Shown here: in pieces, positions 20,263 through 28,515 of the stretch | How positions within the stretch are numbered: the stretch's first letter is position 1 | Layout of the letters: every line of letters begins with the position of its first letter | Assembly (NCBI GenBank): GCA_964493475.1 | Contig: CAZBNS010000001.1 | Location: forward strand, 9,099 to 73,098 | DNA length: 64,000 nt | Reading direction: 5' to 3' | DNA from: an uncultured Rhizobiaceae bacterium | Lineage (GTDB): Bacteria > Pseudomonadota > Alphaproteobacteria > Rickettsiales > UBA1997 | Position numbers and translations under genes: made by a program | The notes under the pieces: generated by a model | The model's database searches: none | Told to the model about the DNA's origin: nothing | What the model saw: only the letters and a program-made list of their open reading frames with translations

Positions 20263-20409
20263 TAAAAAACATTATGTAATTAACTCTGTAATATAAAAAT
20301 AATTACATTTTTTATAAAGTCAAGAACATAATGTAATTATAATTTTTTAGTTGCAAACAACAAAATGTTTTTGTATTATATGGTGTAAGTCAATATAAAA
20401 TCTAATTAA
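20263..20409. promoter_or_regulatory. Divergent immunity-region promoters with repeated operator motifs
   Basis: Plus-strand promoter TTGCAA (20351-56), 17 nt, TATTAT (20374-79) lies upstream of cI. Minus-strand TTGACT (20318-23) faces cro. Three copies of ATGTAATTA/TAATTACAT are at 20274-82, 20300-08 and 20331-39. Confidence 0.5.
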
Positions 20410-21084
20410 ATGGATAAAGACAATAAAGAAAATATAATTGGAAATAATATTAGAAAGATAAGAGAAACCAATAAAATAAGCAGAGATGAGCTTGCAAAAA
20501 TTATTGGTGTAGGTTCCCAAATGATGCAATATATTGAAAGAGGTGAACGAAAAGGGGTTGCTGAATGGGTTTACCAATTACCTAAAGCCTTAAATTGCTC
20601 TTATGACGAGTTGTTTGGAGAAAAAGAATATATAAAACAAGACAATTCGTTAGTAAAACTAGGCTATTTTGAAGAAACAAAGGCTAAGTGTGATAATTCA
20701 TGCTGGGAATATAGTGAAGCTACGGAAAAATTGTATTTTGATAAAGACTATTTACAGAAAATTAAAATAGTTCAGGGTTATGATAATATAATTGTTATAA
20801 GATCTGTCGATGATAGTATGTATCCAACAATTCATAATAATGATTATGTTTTTGTAGATACAAATAACAAAGACATCAAAAACGGCATGATATACATAAT
20901 TAATGAGGATGGAATCTTAAAAATAAAAAGAATAAGAAAAATGCCAACATCTTCAAAAATTGAAATAATGTCTGACAATGAAAACAAATATTTATATCCA
21001 AACTATGAAATTGATACCATAGGCGAAAAAATTAAACCAATTGTTTGCGGCAGAGTATTGTCTTTTACTAGAAATTTAATTTAA
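20410..21084 (+). CDS. cI/LexA-type repressor (XRE HTH + S24 peptidase domain)
   Basis: N-terminal HTH (IRKIRETNKISRDELAKIIGVGSQMMQYIERGER). The C-terminal S24 signature VDDSMYPTI...ILKIKRI contains the Ser/Lys dyad. Confidence 0.85.
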   Translation: MDKDNKENIIGNNIRKIRETNKISRDELAKIIGVGSQMMQYIERGERKGVAEWVYQLPKALNCSYDELFGEKEYIKQDNSLVKLGYFEETKAKCDNSCWEYSEATEKLYFDKDYLQKIKIVQGYDNIIVIRSVDDSMYPTIHNNDYVFVDTNNKDIKNGMIYIINEDGILKIKRIRKMPTSSKIEIMSDNENKYLYPNYEIDTIGEKIKPIVCGRVLSFTRNLI

Positions 21085-21106
21085 CCAATAAAAAAACAGA
21101 ATAAAA

Positions 21107-21631
21107 ATGCTATCCTTTTTAAAATATTTCTTAATTGTATTAAATATTTTCTATGCGATTCTATTATTTAATAACGAAGAATATGGTCTCATAATTTTTC
21201 CATTATTTTTTATTTTCCTAATTTTTCTAACTGAAAATATTTTGATTTTTCTACTTAAAAAGGATACTTTAATAACAAGTATCACTGAAGTAAGAAAGCA
21301 TAAATTTGAATTTGGCTTGGCTTTTAAGAGTAATTTCTTAAATGTTTTGGTTGTTGTTATGATTTTAATTTGTTTAAGTCTGATTTTTAGTAATCATGAT
21401 CTACTTATGGAAACTAGAGGTCATCAAATTGAAATATCTAAAAAAGCTAAAGAACTTGAAGTATATACAATTGCCATAAGGCAACACAGAAATGAAATAA
21501 ACGAGCTAGAGCAAAATCAAAAAGATATAACAAAAGAGCTAGAAAGAATAAAAAAAGAAATAGAGGAATTGAAAAAACAACAAAAAACAAATGAGATAAT
21601 AAAACAGAAAGCGATTAGATTAAATTTTTAA
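21107..21631 (+). CDS. Membrane protein with C-terminal coiled coil (lysogeny-expressed passenger gene)
   Basis: 174 aa with 3-4 hydrophobic helices, then a K/E-rich heptad region. It starts 22 nt after the cI stop on the same strand. Confidence 0.5.
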   Translation: MLSFLKYFLIVLNIFYAILLFNNEEYGLIIFPLFFIFLIFLTENILIFLLKKDTLITSITEVRKHKFEFGLAFKSNFLNVLVVVMILICLSLIFSNHDLLMETRGHQIEISKKAKELEVYTIAIRQHRNEINELEQNQKDITKELERIKKEIEELKKQQKTNEIIKQKAIRLNF

Positions 21632-21647
21632 GATAACAAAGGAAAAC

Positions 21648-22664
21648 ATGGAAGAAAATAAAGGAAATATTATAATATACGAGCTAGAAGATGGAACTTC
21701 TAGAATTGATGTTAAAGTTGAAAATGAAACTGTATGGTTGACAAAAAATCAAATAACTCAACTATTTAGCACAAATAGACAAAATATAGAATATCATATT
21801 AAAAATATATATGAATCCAACGAATTGCAAGAAAGTTCAACTTGCAAAAAAATTTTGCAAGTTCAGAGAGAAGGAAGTAGAGATGTTAAAAGGGAAGTGG
21901 ATTTTTATAATCTTGATATGATTATATCTGTAGGTTATCGTGTTAACAATGTTGCAGGCGTTAGATTCAGACAGTGGGCGACAAAGCGTTTAGCTGAATA
22001 TATGGTTAAAGGCTTTACTTTGGATGATGAAAGACTAAAAGGAAAGGGCAACAAGTATCTTGATGAACTTGTTCAAAGAATAAAAGAAATTAGGGCAAGC
22101 GAGCTTAATTTTTACCAAAAAGTAAGAGATGCTTTTAGTTTGAGTAAAGACTATATGGAAAATAAAAAAGAAACAGGTTTATTTTTTGCAAACATACAAA
22201 ACAAATTATTTCATGCAATAGTAGGAAAAACTGCAGCTGAGTTAATTTGCGAAAGAGCAGATCACGAGTTAGCTAATATGGGATTGTCTTGTTTTAACGG
22301 CACAAGAGTTAGAAAAGCTGATGTTATAATAGCTAAAAATTATTTAAAAGAAAACGAATTGAAATCACTTGAAAAATTAGTTGTTATGTTTCTCGATTTT
22401 ATAGAAAATTATATAGAAAGAACCAAAGAACCTATATATACTAATGATTGGAAATATAGGGCTGACGAATTTTTAAATTTCTACAAATATAAATTGCTAG
22501 ATGGATATGGAACAAAAAGTAATAAGGAAGCTGAGGATTTTGCTGAAAGTGAATATACCTTATTTGACAAAGAACGAAAAAGACAAGAAAAAATAGAAGC
22601 TGATCAAAAAGATTTAAAAGAAATAGAAGAGCTAAAAAAAGAACTCAAGAAAATCAAGAAGTAA
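21648..22664 (+). CDS. RhuM-family protein
   Basis: Conserved blocks match RhuM-family proteins along the whole length: WLTKNQITQLFSTNRQNIEYHIKNIY, YNLDMIISVGYRVNNVAGVRFRQWATKRL, IRASELNFYQKVRDAF, AKNYLKENELKSLEKLV. Confidence 0.8.
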   Translation: MEENKGNIIIYELEDGTSRIDVKVENETVWLTKNQITQLFSTNRQNIEYHIKNIYESNELQESSTCKKILQVQREGSRDVKREVDFYNLDMIISVGYRVNNVAGVRFRQWATKRLAEYMVKGFTLDDERLKGKGNKYLDELVQRIKEIRASELNFYQKVRDAFSLSKDYMENKKETGLFFANIQNKLFHAIVGKTAAELICERADHELANMGLSCFNGTRVRKADVIIAKNYLKENELKSLEKLVVMFLDFIENYIERTKEPIYTNDWKYRADEFLNFYKYKLLDGYGTKSNKEAEDFAESEYTLFDKERKRQEKIEADQKDLKEIEELKKELKKIKK

Positions 22665-22670
22665 TTAGGT

Positions 22671-22690
22671 TTTTCCTGATAGCAGGAAAA
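22671..22690 (+). terminator. Hairpin at the end of the cI-membrane-RhuM operon
   Basis: TTTTCCTG-ATAG-CAGGAAAA lies 7 nt after the RhuM stop. There is no clean U-tract, so strength is uncertain. Confidence 0.35.
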
Positions 22691-23075
22691 ATTCCAAAAA
22701 TGAAGCAGGGGAAAATAATTAATTTGGAGATTTTAATCTTTAGTTTTTGTTTGTTTATCACTAAATAAATCTTCCTTATCAATTGTTTATAACTTAAATT
22801 TCTCATTTCACATATCCTAAACCATATCATAATTGACAACTTCTTAATCATCAAGTTGTATAGTTTAATATTTAGCCAAACACGGCACAATCAATGTTCC
22901 AATGATGTTTATTATAAAATGTCCTAAGAGCATTTTTAATCATTCTAAGTCAATTATAATCTTTAAGAGCATTTTGGGGTAAAATTAGTTAAATTGCATT
23001 AAAAATAATTAAAAAAATTTTAAAAGAATAATTACAAAAATTCATCCAATATAAACAAAATGTAGCTTTATTAAT

Positions 23076-23128
23076 AATTACATTTTGTAATTAAATTACT
23101 TGACAATATAAAAACATATTGTTATTAT
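23076..23128 (+). promoter_or_regulatory. Early rightward promoter with palindromic operator
   Basis: The 17-bp palindrome AATTACATTTTGTAATT (23076-92) abuts TTGACA (23100-05), 17 nt, TATTAT (23123-28). Additional TAATTACA/TGTAAT copies lie near 23030 and 23190. The core is the same as in the cI/cro region. Confidence 0.55.
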
Positions 23129-23578
23129 ACTAATAACAAAGTTGTTTTTAGATTGTAAATTTAAAATTTACCCAGTATATGTAAAAAAATGTAATATACT
23201 ATCAAAACTAAAGAGTTTTGAGCGGTATCATAAAACCATAGACCCATTAAGGGCAACTTGTAATAATAGTTGGTATTTATGTCCTGGAGAATTTAAAAGA
23301 ATCTAGGGAAAATAATTTTTTATTTTAACTGCTTTTTTAATTATCATACGGGGAAGTTTTGTTCTTCTAAATTCAACTAAGGTTATTTCAAAACTTCCTC
23401 ACTCAATTATTGTCATTCATAAATTGACTATACTTTTTATTAGTTTTCCATAAAGAATTTTTTTCATAAATAGTCAATTTATAAATGATAGTAATCACAC
23501 TTTATTATCAGACATCGGCAAGTAAATGGAGGCTCCTTTTAATGACTTGCCTTTTATCAATTAAAATAAGAGAAAATT

Positions 23579-23728
23579 ATGTTAAGAATAGTATTATATG
23601 TATTAGCGAAATTTCATTTTATAACTGGTGCAAAATTTAGGTCAATATTAGCTGAAAGATATTTAGTTTTTGAAAATCTTGATTTTGATAATCCTACAAA
23701 TTTTGTAATAAATGATGAGGAGATGTAA
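23579..23728 (+). CDS. Small ORF (49 aa) coupled to the RecT-like gene
   Basis: ATG at 23579. Its stop TAA ends 1 nt before the ATG at 23730. It is below the ORF-track size cut-off, and coding status is uncertain. Confidence 0.3.
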   Translation: MLRIVLYVLAKFHFITGAKFRSILAERYLVFENLDFDNPTNFVINDEEM

Positions 23729-23729
23729 A

Positions 23730-24953
23730 ATGGATTTAAAAACAATAACTAAAGATACTGATACTTTAATCAGTGCTTTAAAACAACATAACATAAAAGA
23801 TTGTCAAAAACCTTTTGCAATCAAGCTTATTAGTGCTCTTGAAGATTTAATGAATAATACAACAGTATATGATTGGAAAACTAATTCAAATACTCCTGTT
23901 AAATTAAGTCAAGAAGAAGAACGACAAGCTTTTTTAACACTTGTTGATGGACTTTCTAGGGTTAACAACAGCGGTTTAAGTGTTAATGATCACGAGCTAA
24001 TTTATTTTATAAAAAGAGGAAAACTATTAACTGTTTCTACTCACTATTCAGCACCTTTCAGAGTTGCTAAAGATATGGGGTATATGATAGTTCCAACATT
24101 CTATGAAATTTATAGTAATGAAGATTTTGAAGTTAGTGAAAGAAGAAATAATGAGGACAAAGTTTTATACGATGTAAAACACAAGCAATTAGAATTTGAT
24201 AGAAGTATTACGGCAGAAAAGCTAACTAATAAAACTTTTAAAGGTTTTGCATTAAGACTTTCTGTTTCAACTATTCAAGTAGATGGAAAAATTAACTTTC
24301 TATTTGAAGCTTTTACAAGTATGACACCTCAGCAAGTTATTGATAGAAGCATGAGGGGTGATAATGGAATCTTTAAATCATTTTGGCAAAAAGCAACTTA
24401 TGATCCTAAAACAAAGAAAAAATTAACAGATAGCAAAAAAGTTATTCTTAATGAATTAAATGAAAAATCAATTTGGCTTTCTGATACTAAAGCTATGGTA
24501 TATAAAACTCTTATTAGAGAAATCACTAGACCGTTGAGAGAAGCTTTGCCTCAGCTTGAAAAGATGTATCAATTTATGGATTACGAAGAACAAGAAGAAT
24601 TGAAATCACACGAGGACAATCCATTAAACAAAACCAGTAAAACAGTTGATACAACTTTTATGGAAATAAAAGATGTAGATCTTAAAAATCCAGATGAAAA
24701 TTTAAAGAAAGATGTTGCTGAATTGCTGCAGATGTATGATGTCAATCCTACATTGGCGGAACAACATTTAAAAGAACTTACTGATTTATTGAATAAAGCT
24801 AATGAAATTATAAATAATCAAGAAAGACAAAATGAAAAACAAAAAATAATAAATCAAAAAGCAAAATACATTCTAGCTGTAAATAGCAAAAATGAAAAAT
24901 ATAAAGAAACACTTGGAAAGCTGTTTAAAAAAAATAATAACACAAAGGTTTAA
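23730..24953 (+). CDS. RecT-like single-strand annealing protein
   Basis: The start was moved from 23712 to ATG 23730 (GAGGAG 7 nt upstream). Central blocks (ELIYFIKRGK...VAKDMGY, FKGFALRL, MTPQQVIDRS, KAMVYKTLIREITRPL) fit the RecT family. It is followed by a YqaJ-type exonuclease. Confidence 0.55.
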   Translation: MDLKTITKDTDTLISALKQHNIKDCQKPFAIKLISALEDLMNNTTVYDWKTNSNTPVKLSQEEERQAFLTLVDGLSRVNNSGLSVNDHELIYFIKRGKLLTVSTHYSAPFRVAKDMGYMIVPTFYEIYSNEDFEVSERRNNEDKVLYDVKHKQLEFDRSITAEKLTNKTFKGFALRLSVSTIQVDGKINFLFEAFTSMTPQQVIDRSMRGDNGIFKSFWQKATYDPKTKKKLTDSKKVILNELNEKSIWLSDTKAMVYKTLIREITRPLREALPQLEKMYQFMDYEEQEELKSHEDNPLNKTSKTVDTTFMEIKDVDLKNPDENLKKDVAELLQMYDVNPTLAEQHLKELTDLLNKANEIINNQERQNEKQKIINQKAKYILAVNSKNEKYKETLGKLFKKNNNTKV

Positions 24954-24957
24954 TTAA

Positions 24958-26106
24958 ATGATAGAAATCAAATTTAAAGAAACTACGGCGATGAAAAGTA
25001 TTAAAAATTCATTGCCACCTTTTGTAAAAGAAAAAATAATCGATGTAAAACAGAAAACTGATAAATGGTATAATTTAAAATCAAATAAAATTGGTTCAAG
25101 CGAAATATTTGCATTGATTCAGTACTATGCAAAAGATAATGAATTATTATCTTGTGGAATACAGCCAGCAGATATAAGAGAAGAAAGCAGTTTTAATACG
25201 GCTTTTGGCCTATATCATAAAATCAAGAAGACTAAAGAATATTTCACAAAACCATTAGGTAGGGTTTATGCAGACTACGGCACAGCAATGGAAACTTATG
25301 CTAAATATTGGCTAAAAAACCAATACAAAGCGAGTATAGAACAAGGTTTAGTATTTATAGATAATGATTGTATAGTCTCAACTGATATAATTGGATCATG
25401 GAAAGACACACCGATTCAAGATATTAATTCAGTATATATTGATATTATAAACAATCCTTGTTTTATAGTTGAAATTAAGACAATTAACAGTTGGAAATAC
25501 CAAGCTAAAACACTAATAACAGGTATTGATTGGAAAACAATTTTGCAACATCAATATCAGTTATTTATAAGTGGTATAGAATGGGGTGGTATTCTACCAA
25601 TTGTCTTAGAAAATGACACAGCTGAAGAAAGATGTTTTATTGCAGGTATGGCTCAAGGAAATAAATCTAAATTTATAAAATATCTTGAGCCAAGATGTAA
25701 AACACAGATTTATTTTATTCAAAAAATACCAGCATTAAGAGGTTTATTTACAGCAGTTTTAGAGAGGTTTTTTGATGATGTAAAAAACAATAATGAGCCT
25801 ACAATGTATCCCGATAAGGAAGAGCCTAAAGCTATTTTCAATATGGTTAGAAATTATCAAGATACATTTAGAATTAATGTTTCTGTTGATGGGAAAATAG
25901 ATAATTTTATTAAATCAAAAGAAAACTTTGAAATGGCAAAGAAAGAATTTGAGAAACAGAAAGATCTGATAATCAATACTCTTTATATGTCTAAGGCATT
26001 AAGAATAACTGATAAAGATAATTCGAAAAGAATTGAAATAGACGGAAGAAATGCGGTAATAATCAAAGATATTAAGGAAAAAGAACAATGCAAGGAATTA
26101 GCTTAA
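24958..26106 (+). CDS. YqaJ-like recombination exonuclease
   Basis: Contains KWYNLKSNKIGSSEIFAL (YqaJ N-terminal motif) and the EIKT catalytic-type motif. It is paired with the RecT-like gene. Confidence 0.6.
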   Translation: MIEIKFKETTAMKSIKNSLPPFVKEKIIDVKQKTDKWYNLKSNKIGSSEIFALIQYYAKDNELLSCGIQPADIREESSFNTAFGLYHKIKKTKEYFTKPLGRVYADYGTAMETYAKYWLKNQYKASIEQGLVFIDNDCIVSTDIIGSWKDTPIQDINSVYIDIINNPCFIVEIKTINSWKYQAKTLITGIDWKTILQHQYQLFISGIEWGGILPIVLENDTAEERCFIAGMAQGNKSKFIKYLEPRCKTQIYFIQKIPALRGLFTAVLERFFDDVKNNNEPTMYPDKEEPKAIFNMVRNYQDTFRINVSVDGKIDNFIKSKENFEMAKKEFEKQKDLIINTLYMSKALRITDKDNSKRIEIDGRNAVIIKDIKEKEQCKELA

Positions 26107-27713
26107 GGCCTTATCAGCGAGAAAAGGTTAATTACTCGATTGATAAAATAAAAGAAAGGGGCAACTCGCTATTGATTGCTCCCACTGGCGCGGGTAAGAC
26201 AATTATGTTGTCGGCAGTATGTGATGAGTGCATAAGATATATAAAGCCTAAAATGCACACGCTAGTTTTAGTTCATAGAAATACAATCAACAATCAAAAT
26301 ATAGATAAGTTCCAAAAAGTCGCAAATAGGCAGGTTAGTTTATTCACTGCCGAATGCAAAGACTTCTCGGGGCAGATTATTTTTGCTATGGTGCAAACGG
26401 CTAAGAATGAATATAAGAAGTTTCCAGCTTTTGACATGATTGTTATTGATGAATGCCATCACGCCATCGCAGACAGCTATATGAAAATCATACTTGATCA
26501 GAAAGCTAAAAATCCAAACCTTTTATTGTTTGGAGTTACAGCAACGCCTAACAGAGGAGATGGCGAAAGTCTCATTTCACTATTTGATAACTACTCACAA
26601 ATAAGTATAAAACAGCTTATAGAGATGGGTTATTTAGTGAGACCAACAATGATTGATTGCAGTCCAATAGTTCAAGCGACAAAAAAAGATAAAACAGGAA
26701 AAAGCGAAATAGTTGAAGAAAGCGGCTTAATATCAAGATTAGATTTTGAAAAACTGTCTGATAAGATATTTAATGATTGGAACAATCTAAGGACAAAGCT
26801 TAATCTCAAAAAAACTGTTATATTTTGTAGTAGCCATGAGGATATAGATACTCTTGCGAAACATTTTAATCTTAATGGGGTAAAAACAGCCGTCATAAAA
26901 GATTTTTCAAGTAGTATAGATAGAGAAAGAGAACTTGGAAGATTTGAAAAAGGCAACTGCGATGTAATCATAAATGTTGATATACTTACTGAGGGTTACG
27001 ATTATCCGCCTATTGATTGCGTTGTATTGGCAAGGAGCATGGGAGTTAAAAGTCTATATATTCAAATGATAGGAAGAGGACTGAGACCGTTGGACAATAC
27101 CAAAACGAAAAATATAAAAAAAGAATGTGTTGTTATTGATTTTGGCGGAAACATAAAAAAACATGGAACTCTTGATGAGGAAGTAAATATGTGCGAATCA
27201 TATCAATGTGAAGATGGAAAACATTTAACCAATGCGGACATATTTAAAGGCAATTTATCTATATTTGGCAATGACGCAAAAGTGGAAAAGCCAAGAGATG
27301 GAGTGATAGTTGGGGAGATCCAACAAATACATGAGTTTTATAAAAATTCATTTGCCGATTGGGAGAGTTTTGAAGATCCGGAACATGGATTGATTTATTG
27401 CACCTGTGGAAAAAAAGCCAATGTGATTATCATAAAAAATAAATCATTCGCTACCACAAATAAAGTAAATTGGGAAAATATAGGTATCGCCCCCGATGGC
27501 AGTGCAAACAACATAAACTTCCTACTGGAAACAGGGGATGAATTTATGAAAGAAAATGATCCTGAGTATCAAAAAGCTAGCAGAGACAAGCCAATTCTTG
27601 ATATGCAAATAGAAATATTAAGAGCTAGATATTCATTGCAGAACTGCAATTTTTACCGAGCTAACACAATGATTTGCTGGGATTTGTTCAGGAAAAATTT
27701 CCTGAACAAATAA
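26088..27713 (+). CDS. SF2 DEAD/DEAH-box helicase
   Basis: Contains LRPYQ, Walker A APTGAGKT, Walker B VIDECHH, TATP and QMIGRGLR motifs. Confidence 0.85.
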   Translation: MQGISLRPYQREKVNYSIDKIKERGNSLLIAPTGAGKTIMLSAVCDECIRYIKPKMHTLVLVHRNTINNQNIDKFQKVANRQVSLFTAECKDFSGQIIFAMVQTAKNEYKKFPAFDMIVIDECHHAIADSYMKIILDQKAKNPNLLLFGVTATPNRGDGESLISLFDNYSQISIKQLIEMGYLVRPTMIDCSPIVQATKKDKTGKSEIVEESGLISRLDFEKLSDKIFNDWNNLRTKLNLKKTVIFCSSHEDIDTLAKHFNLNGVKTAVIKDFSSSIDRERELGRFEKGNCDVIINVDILTEGYDYPPIDCVVLARSMGVKSLYIQMIGRGLRPLDNTKTKNIKKECVVIDFGGNIKKHGTLDEEVNMCESYQCEDGKHLTNADIFKGNLSIFGNDAKVEKPRDGVIVGEIQQIHEFYKNSFADWESFEDPEHGLIYCTCGKKANVIIIKNKSFATTNKVNWENIGIAPDGSANNINFLLETGDEFMKENDPEYQKASRDKPILDMQIEILRARYSLQNCNFYRANTMICWDLFRKNFLNK

Positions 27714-27722
27714 CTCAAAACC

Positions 27723-27744
27723 AAGCCGAGAAATCGGCTTTTTT
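27723..27744 (+). terminator. Rho-independent terminator after the helicase
   Basis: AAGCCGA-GAAA-TCGGCTT is followed by TTTT. Confidence 0.5.
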
Positions 27745-27763
27745 AATAATTAATAAAGAAAAA

Positions 27764-28081
27764 ATGACTGAAAATAAAATAGTTAATGAGTTAGCAGAAA
27801 AAATAGATATCGATAATCCTTTAGGAAAAGAAATTAAAAGATGTGATTCACAAGTTGATTTAAAACTCAAAAGAATAGTTGAAAATATTGAGAAATTAGA
27901 GGAAGAAAAGAAGGAAGTTTCAAGGCAGATTTCTTATATTTATAAAGAAGCAAAAGGTTTTGGCTTTGATACAAAAGCTATAAGAAAAGTTATATCATTA
28001 AGAAAGATGGATAGTGATAAGAGAATTGAATTAGAAGAATTAACCCAGACTTACAAAGAAGCTTTGGGAATGTTGGGTTAA
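27764..28081 (+). CDS. GapR/DUF2312-family DNA-binding protein
   Basis: The start was moved to ATG 27764, downstream of the terminator. LKRIVENIEKLEEEKKEVSRQISYIYKEAKGFGFDTKAIRKVISLRKMD...YKEALGML is the canonical DUF2312 sequence pattern of alphaproteobacteria and their phages. Confidence 0.85.
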   Translation: MTENKIVNELAEKIDIDNPLGKEIKRCDSQVDLKLKRIVENIEKLEEEKKEVSRQISYIYKEAKGFGFDTKAIRKVISLRKMDSDKRIELEELTQTYKEALGMLG

Positions 28082-28134
28082 ATATAAAACAACACCACAT
28101 TCTTCGAACTGACAAGGATAAGCAAGATTTTTGT

Positions 28135-28515
28135 TTGTCCTTTTCCAATTTCAAGCTAAAAGCACCGATTGTTGTCAATATAGATTTATTCTACAAAAAG
28201 AACTCTAGCCAACAACTTCGTGCATATTGGCGATTAATCAAGATTTGTAAAACTTTTATGAATAATCAGGGAAATAATTTTGATGATGAAACCGTTAGTG
28301 ATTACTTTAAACTAAAATCAGGACATTATGCTGAAATTGATGGAATAAAATTACCTAGAAGTATAGCTCTTGATAGTGGAACAACCACACAAGAAATGAG
28401 AACTCTTATTGATATAATACTTGAATTCGGTTTAGACAATGAAATTGAGGATTGTTATATTGAAAATCAAGAGCTAGACGAACTTCTGAAATATTATGAA
28501 AATCAAAAAAGATAA
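28135..28515 (+). CDS. NinB/Orf-like recombination protein candidate
   Basis: TTG start. PIVVNI...SSQQLRAYWRLI and the C-terminal TTQEMRTLIDIILEFG are arranged as in lambda NinB (PIVVTI...QNRKLWA...EFAELLELIQAFG). Confidence 0.35.
   Translation: MSFSNFKLKAPIVVNIDLFYKKNSSQQLRAYWRLIKICKTFMNNQGNNFDDETVSDYFKLKSGHYAEIDGIKLPRSIALDSGTTTQEMRTLIDIILEFGLDNEIEDCYIENQELDELLKYYENQKR

Noticed and set aside
20347-20577. 76-aa minus-strand ORF overlapping the cI promoter and start
   Set aside because: It is antisense to the well-supported repressor gene and covers the promoter region, so it is unlikely to be coding.
22654-22890. 78-aa minus-strand ORF after the RhuM gene
   Set aside because: It overlaps the RhuM stop and the hairpin, its sequence is hydrophobic and low-complexity, and it has no RBS. 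The region was treated as non-coding spacer.
23712-23729. ORF-track start MMRRCK for the RecT-like gene
   Set aside because: The GAGGAG Shine-Dalgarno lies inside these codons, 7 nt before ATG 23730. The upstream ATGs overlap the stop region of the 49-aa ORF.
27674-27763. N-terminal 30 codons of the ORF-track version of the GapR-like gene
   Set aside because: These codons overlap the helicase 3' end and span a rho-independent terminator. Canonical DUF2312 proteins start close to the ATG at 27764.
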